From assembly GCA_002269645.1 (NCBI GenBank), contig NIVC01001259.1:124001-188000 (forward strand): a stretch of 64,000 nt of DNA, in the 5' to 3' direction. Below are positions 60,501 to 64,000 of the stretch, piece after piece (position 1 is the stretch's first letter; every line of letters starts with the position of its first letter). The position numbers and the translations under genes are program-made. The notes under the pieces are model-generated. The model saw only the letters and a list, made by a program, of their open reading frames with translations. It was not told the origin of the DNA and ran no database searches. The stretch comes from Macrostomum lignano. Its lineage: Eukaryota.

Positions 60501-60574
60501 CGGTTCTCCGGCGGCCGCGACTGGCCGCAGCCGCCGCCCTGGCGCAGCGTCACCGAGGTTGCTCTGCTCACCAT
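47528..60574 (-). CDS. Shaw: Shaw/Kv3-subfamily voltage-gated potassium channel, 8 exons, about 750 aa
   Basis: Exons 60574-59990, 56155-55528, 54446-54084, 53915-53832, 51676-51485, 51184-51128, 49374-49205, 47701-47528, phase-consistent (2253 nt). T1 domain [15 protein letters not shown]...EYFFDRH...[21 protein letters not shown]...CCW; pore [22 protein letters not shown]; S6 [12 protein letters not shown]; Kozak GCCGCCATGG. The first three exons are certain; exons 4-8 are low complexity and rest on splice signals and phase. Confidence 0.9.
47765..49165. repeat. 16-bp satellite (GCCTGCAGTGACAACT)n, about 87 near-identical copies, Kv3 intron 7
   Basis: Direct reading; explains the 461-778 aa artefact ORFs. 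Confidence 0.97.
49445..49915. repeat. 45-bp minisatellite with strict A/B alternation (90-bp higher-order unit), Kv3 intron 6
   Basis: CACTGATGCAAG and CATTGATACAAG variants alternate. Confidence 0.95.
50488..51060. repeat. 44-bp minisatellite (TGTCTATGGCCTAGACTGTCCTACTGACTTAATCAATCGGGAAC), Kv3 intron 6
   Basis: About 13 imperfect copies. Confidence 0.92.
51795..53800. repeat. 51-bp minisatellite, about 39 copies, Kv3 intron 4
   Basis: GTCACTCAGCTCCAGGTGTGTCAGATGGGAATCAGTGATACCGGAGCCTCA; 17-aa period in the ORF track. Confidence 0.96.
54515..54596. repeat. (GA)n microsatellite; reads (CT)n about 70-150 nt upstream of the Kv3 exon-3 acceptor
   Basis: About 40 dinucleotides. Confidence 0.95.
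55020..55510. repeat. 28-bp minisatellite (GATTATCGAGGAGATTTTACAGGTGTCG), Kv3 intron 2
   Basis: About 17 copies, beginning about 15 nt from the donor. Confidence 0.95.
56165..56712. repeat. 15-bp minisatellite (GAGGTGGTCGGTTTT variants) running into the Kv3 exon-2 acceptor
   Basis: Direct reading. Confidence 0.94.
57378..57935. repeat. 16-bp minisatellite (CTGTGATCAGTCTATC), Kv3 intron 1
   Basis: About 35 copies. Confidence 0.95.
58795..59989. repeat. 23-bp minisatellite (minus strand GTGGGTTCAGGCTGGGTGCAGCT) starting at the Kv3 intron-1 donor
   Basis: About 50 copies including truncated variants. Confidence 0.95.
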
Positions 60575-60899
60575 GGCGGCTGCAACCAACTGTGCTTTGC
60601 TGGCTGAGCTCAGACTCTTTCGCATTACGGCCGCATCCGGCACTGCTTTGGCTAGGTTTCCCACCCGCCATTCCTCTGCAGCACCTATCCAGATGCGGCA
60701 TCAGCAGCTGACCAGCCAATCAGAAGCCAATCCGAGCGGCCGTCTTCATCAGATCAGCAAACAGACCTGCCGCTTGAACACGAGTTGCCGGCAGGATTTT
60801 TATCAGACTTAATCAAATATAAATCTTATTGTTACCAAGGTAAAAATATATAACGGCTGATATAATAAACGGATGCCTCTGTTGACCAACCGTTCTTCC

Positions 60900-62075
60900 A
60901 TCTATGCTGAGCCTCCCAATTCCCATCAGGAGGATAATCTCCCCTTCATGCTGCTGAGCCTCCCAATTCCCATCAGGAGGATAATCTCCCCTTCATGCTG
61001 CTGAGCCTCCCAATTCCCACCAGGAGGATAATCTCCCCTCTATGCTGAGCCTCCCAATTCCCACCAGGAGGATAATCTCCCCTCTATGCTGAGCCTCCCA
61101 ATTCCCACCAGGAGGATAATCTCCCCTCTATGCTGAGCCTCCCAATTCCCATCAGGAGGATAATCTCCCCTTCATGCTGCTGAGCCTCCCAATTCCCACC
61201 AGGAGGATAATCTCCCCTCTATGCTGAGCCTCCCAATTCCCATCAGGAGGATAATCTCCCCTTCATGCTGCTGAGCCTCCTAATTCCCATCAGAAGGATA
61301 ATCTCCCCTTCATGCTGCTGAGCCTCCCAATTCCCATCAGGAGGATAATCTCCCCTTCATGCTGCTGAGCCTCCCAATTCCCACCAGGAGGATAATCCCC
61401 CTCTATGCTGAGCCTCCCAATTCCCATCAGGAGGATAATCTCCCCTTCATGCTGCTGAGCCTCCCAATTCCCATCAGGAGGATAATCTCCCCTTCATGCT
61501 GCTGAGCCTCCCAATTCCCATCAGGAGGATAATCTCCCCTTCATGCTGCTGAGCCTCCCAATTCCCACCAGGAGGATAATCCCCCCTCTATGCTGAGCCT
61601 CCCAATTCCCATCAGAAGGATCATCTCCCCTCTATGCTGCTGAGCCTCCTAATTCCCATCAGAAGGATAATCTCCCCTTCATGCTGCTGAGCCTCCCAAT
61701 TCCCATCAGAAGGATAATCTCCCCTTCATGCTGCTGAGCCTCCCAATTCCCATCAGGAGGATAATCTCCCCTTCATGCTGCTGAGCCTCCCAATTCCCAC
61801 CAGGAGGATAATCTCCCCTCTATGCTGAGCCTCCCAATTCCCATCAGGAGGATAATCTCCCCTCTATGCTGAGCCTCCCAATTCCCATCAGGAGGATAAT
61901 CTCCCCTTCATGCTGCTGAGCCTCCTAATTCCCATCAGAAGGATAATCTCCCCTTCATGCTGCTGAGCCTCCCAATTCCCATCAGAAGGATAATCTCCCC
62001 TTCATGCTGCTGAGCCTCCCAATTCCCATCAGAAGGATAATCTCCCCTCTATGCTGCATGAGCCTCCTAATTCCC
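60900..62075. repeat. 44/47-bp minisatellite upstream of the Kv3 start
   Basis: ATGCTG(CTG)AGCCTCCCAATTCCCATCAGGAGGATAATCTCCCCT(TC/CT), about 25 copies. Confidence 0.95.
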
Positions 62076-62738
62076 ACCAGGAAGACAATCTCCTCAATCA
62101 GAAACCAAAAGCATTGTTTAGTCAAAAGCTTGAGTGCTTGAACTTTCTCTTAACACGTGTAACATAAAACGTATAATGATGATAGATAATAGCAACTAGA
62201 TAACCATATCAGAATATTAGCAAGAATAATATTAATATTAGCAAAAATACGCACTTTGCTAGTTGTTTCATGATGAAACACGAGAGTAACAACAATTACA
62301 TAAGCAAACGGAGCATTATTAACAAAAGTTCACGTGCACTTTTAAATGTGCAAATCAATATTAACAAACGATTACGTACAACGTTAAATAATAGAAATAA
62401 AAAAGTAGCATCAAGACAGGTAAACAATAAAATCTGAGTTCTCCTACCATCAGTAATATGAAAAGCGCAACAGAGGAATAATTAAAACGAGGTGACTTCT
62501 GGTACTGTAGGATAAGCACGGTGGCTCTTGACTGGTTATTGTTGACGCTTATTGCTTGACTCCCAGCTTCCTCTAGTTGCCGGGGGGGGGGATTAACGCA
62601 TTGCAAAAGGTATCATGCGCATTAAAAACTTGAACACGTGCGTGCTAGGGCGCGGTTTAATTAAAAAAACTATTCAACACAACGAATGTTATTAGAGATG
62701 AATATTACAAACTGATAATGAGGGAGGCCAACAGGCGG

Positions 62739-63998
62739 TCACCCGTCGCCGTGGTAGAGATTCAGCTGTGGCAGGAACAGTCCCGGATGAGACGGCGGCA
62801 GGCGGGGTGGCGGAGCCCTGCCGGATCCCACAGGGATGTTGGCGGCCGCAGCTGCCGCCGCTGCCACGGCTGCCGCAGTCGATTGAGGCGCTGAAAAGGC
62901 CGGCAGTCCGCTGCCGCTGCAGGAGGTGATCGCGGAGTGCGACAGCGACGGCGTGGGAGCGCCCATCGGATTGGCGATGATGACAGGCACCAAGGTGGCT
63001 GCCGGTGACTGCAGGAAGGGCAGCGACGGGAGCGGGGCACCGCCACCACCGCCACCGCTGCTGACGCCGCCGCTGACGCCGCCAAATCGCTGCGGGCCGC
63101 CGCCAAGCGGAATGGGCGGATGCGACAGGCCAGGATAGGACGGCATCTGCATGGGCGGGGCGCCGTAGCAGGGCGTCTTCTGTGGCACCCACATTGACTG
63201 CGGCGGCGGCGGCCCGGCCGGCTTCTGATGCTGCTGGCGCGCTGCTTGCTGAGGAAACTGCGTGTTAGGCGGCTGCGGAAAATGTGGCGGCATCGACACG
63301 GAGGATGCAGCTGCCGCAGCTGCAGCCGCCGCCGCCACAGCCGCCTCCCAGGACGCCGGGTGATGCCGGGCAGCGGCCCATTGCTGCAGGAAAGCCGCCG
63401 GATCCTCGGCTGCCGACGGAGGAAACGGCAGGTGCATTAACGGGTGCTGATGCGGCGGAAACAGGCGGTGATGAAGCTGCTGATGCTGGTGCAGCTGGTG
63501 CAAACTGTGCAGCTGGTAGAGCTCGTGCTGGCTAACGATCGGCGGTGACACTGGCTCGTTCTCGATTTTAGTCACCGGCGCGGCGGGTGAGATGGTCTCC
63601 AGTCTCAGCTGAAAGGGCGACGAACGCGCCGGCGGTGGCGGCGAAGTCGGTTGCGCCGGCGGCGGCGGCGGCGGCGGCGGCTTCGCAGAAGCAGCGGCAG
63701 TAGCGACGGCAGCCGATGACGTCACCAGGCGGTAATCCTGATCGTGAGCCTGGCTGAGCACATTCTCAATTACGCTGTCGATTGAGTCCCTCGTACCAGC
63801 GAAGCTTTCAAATGACGAGGCAGACGCGGCGTCCGTTGCGGTTGCCGCTGTCACAGTGGCATCTGGCGCATCGGCAGCTTGATTAGCAGCTGCAGCTGCG
63901 GCGGCATCCGCCGATGTTGTCCCGCGCCGCTGCGTCGGGTTGGCCGGCTCAACTAGCCTCGTTTTGCGCGGCCGGCCCCGCTTTCTGGGAAGCGCCAC
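62739..63998 (-). CDS. 3' part of an AT-hook-containing, Ala/Pro/Gln/His-rich nuclear protein; 5' end outside the window
   Basis: Open frame of at least 419 aa with PRKRGRPRK AT-hook and low-complexity tracts; possible acceptor CTTCCCAG at about 63985; family not recognised. Confidence 0.75.
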   Translation of the reverse strand: MALPRKRGRPRKTRLVEPANPTQRRGTTSADAAAAAAANQAADAPDATVTAATATDAASASSFESFAGTRDSIDSVIENVLSQAHDQDYRLVTSSAAVATAAASAKPPPPPPPPAQPTSPPPPARSSPFQLRLETISPAAPVTKIENEPVSPPIVSQHELYQLHSLHQLHQHQQLHHRLFPPHQHPLMHLPFPPSAAEDPAAFLQQWAAARHHPASWEAAVAAAAAAAAAASSVSMPPHFPQPPNTQFPQQAARQQHQKPAGPPPPQSMWVPQKTPCYGAPPMQMPSYPGLSHPPIPLGGGPQRFGGVSGGVSSGGGGGGAPLPSLPFLQSPAATLVPVIIANPMGAPTPSLSHSAITSCSGSGLPAFSAPQSTAAAVAAAAAAAANIPVGSGRAPPPRLPPSHPGLFLPQLNLYHGDG

Positions 63999-64000
63999 AG

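Overview
Eukaryotic (metazoan) genomic DNA, not prokaryotic. GC-rich exons, GT-AG introns and very dense minisatellites resemble the flatworm Macrostomum lignano (inference, not verifiable here). Eight spliced or single-exon protein-coding genes were reconstructed by hand, with reading phase checked across every junction: NUDT16-like Nudix hydrolase (+), CLCA-family protein (-), MGMT (-), ZFAND2B/AIRAPL (+), an ARM-TIR-SAM protein (+), a degenerate FATP/SLC27-like protein (-), DNAJC5/cysteine string protein (+) and a Shaw/Kv3 potassium channel (-). A partial AT-hook low-complexity gene lies at the right edge. Roughly 19 kb (about 30%, hand estimate) is tandem repeat. Most large introns hold their own private minisatellite, often touching or containing a splice signal, while the 9-kb AT-rich intergenic region has no arrays and holds hAT-type MITEs with 8-bp target-site duplications (TSDs). 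Highlights: two apparent pseudo-enzymes (CLCA lacking HExxH and its self-cleavage loop; FATP lacking its adenylation motifs); an MGMT ORF with no initiator ATG directly behind a splice acceptor (candidate use of the flatworm spliced-leader AUG); a TIR domain retaining the putative NADase glutamate in an ARM-TIR-SAM order; a decayed Penelope-like element with a minimal hammerhead motif; a CORE-SINE; and a Kv3 with an atypical voltage sensor. The long repeat-derived ORFs in the six-frame track are artefacts. No CRISPR, rRNA or genuine tRNA gene is supported.
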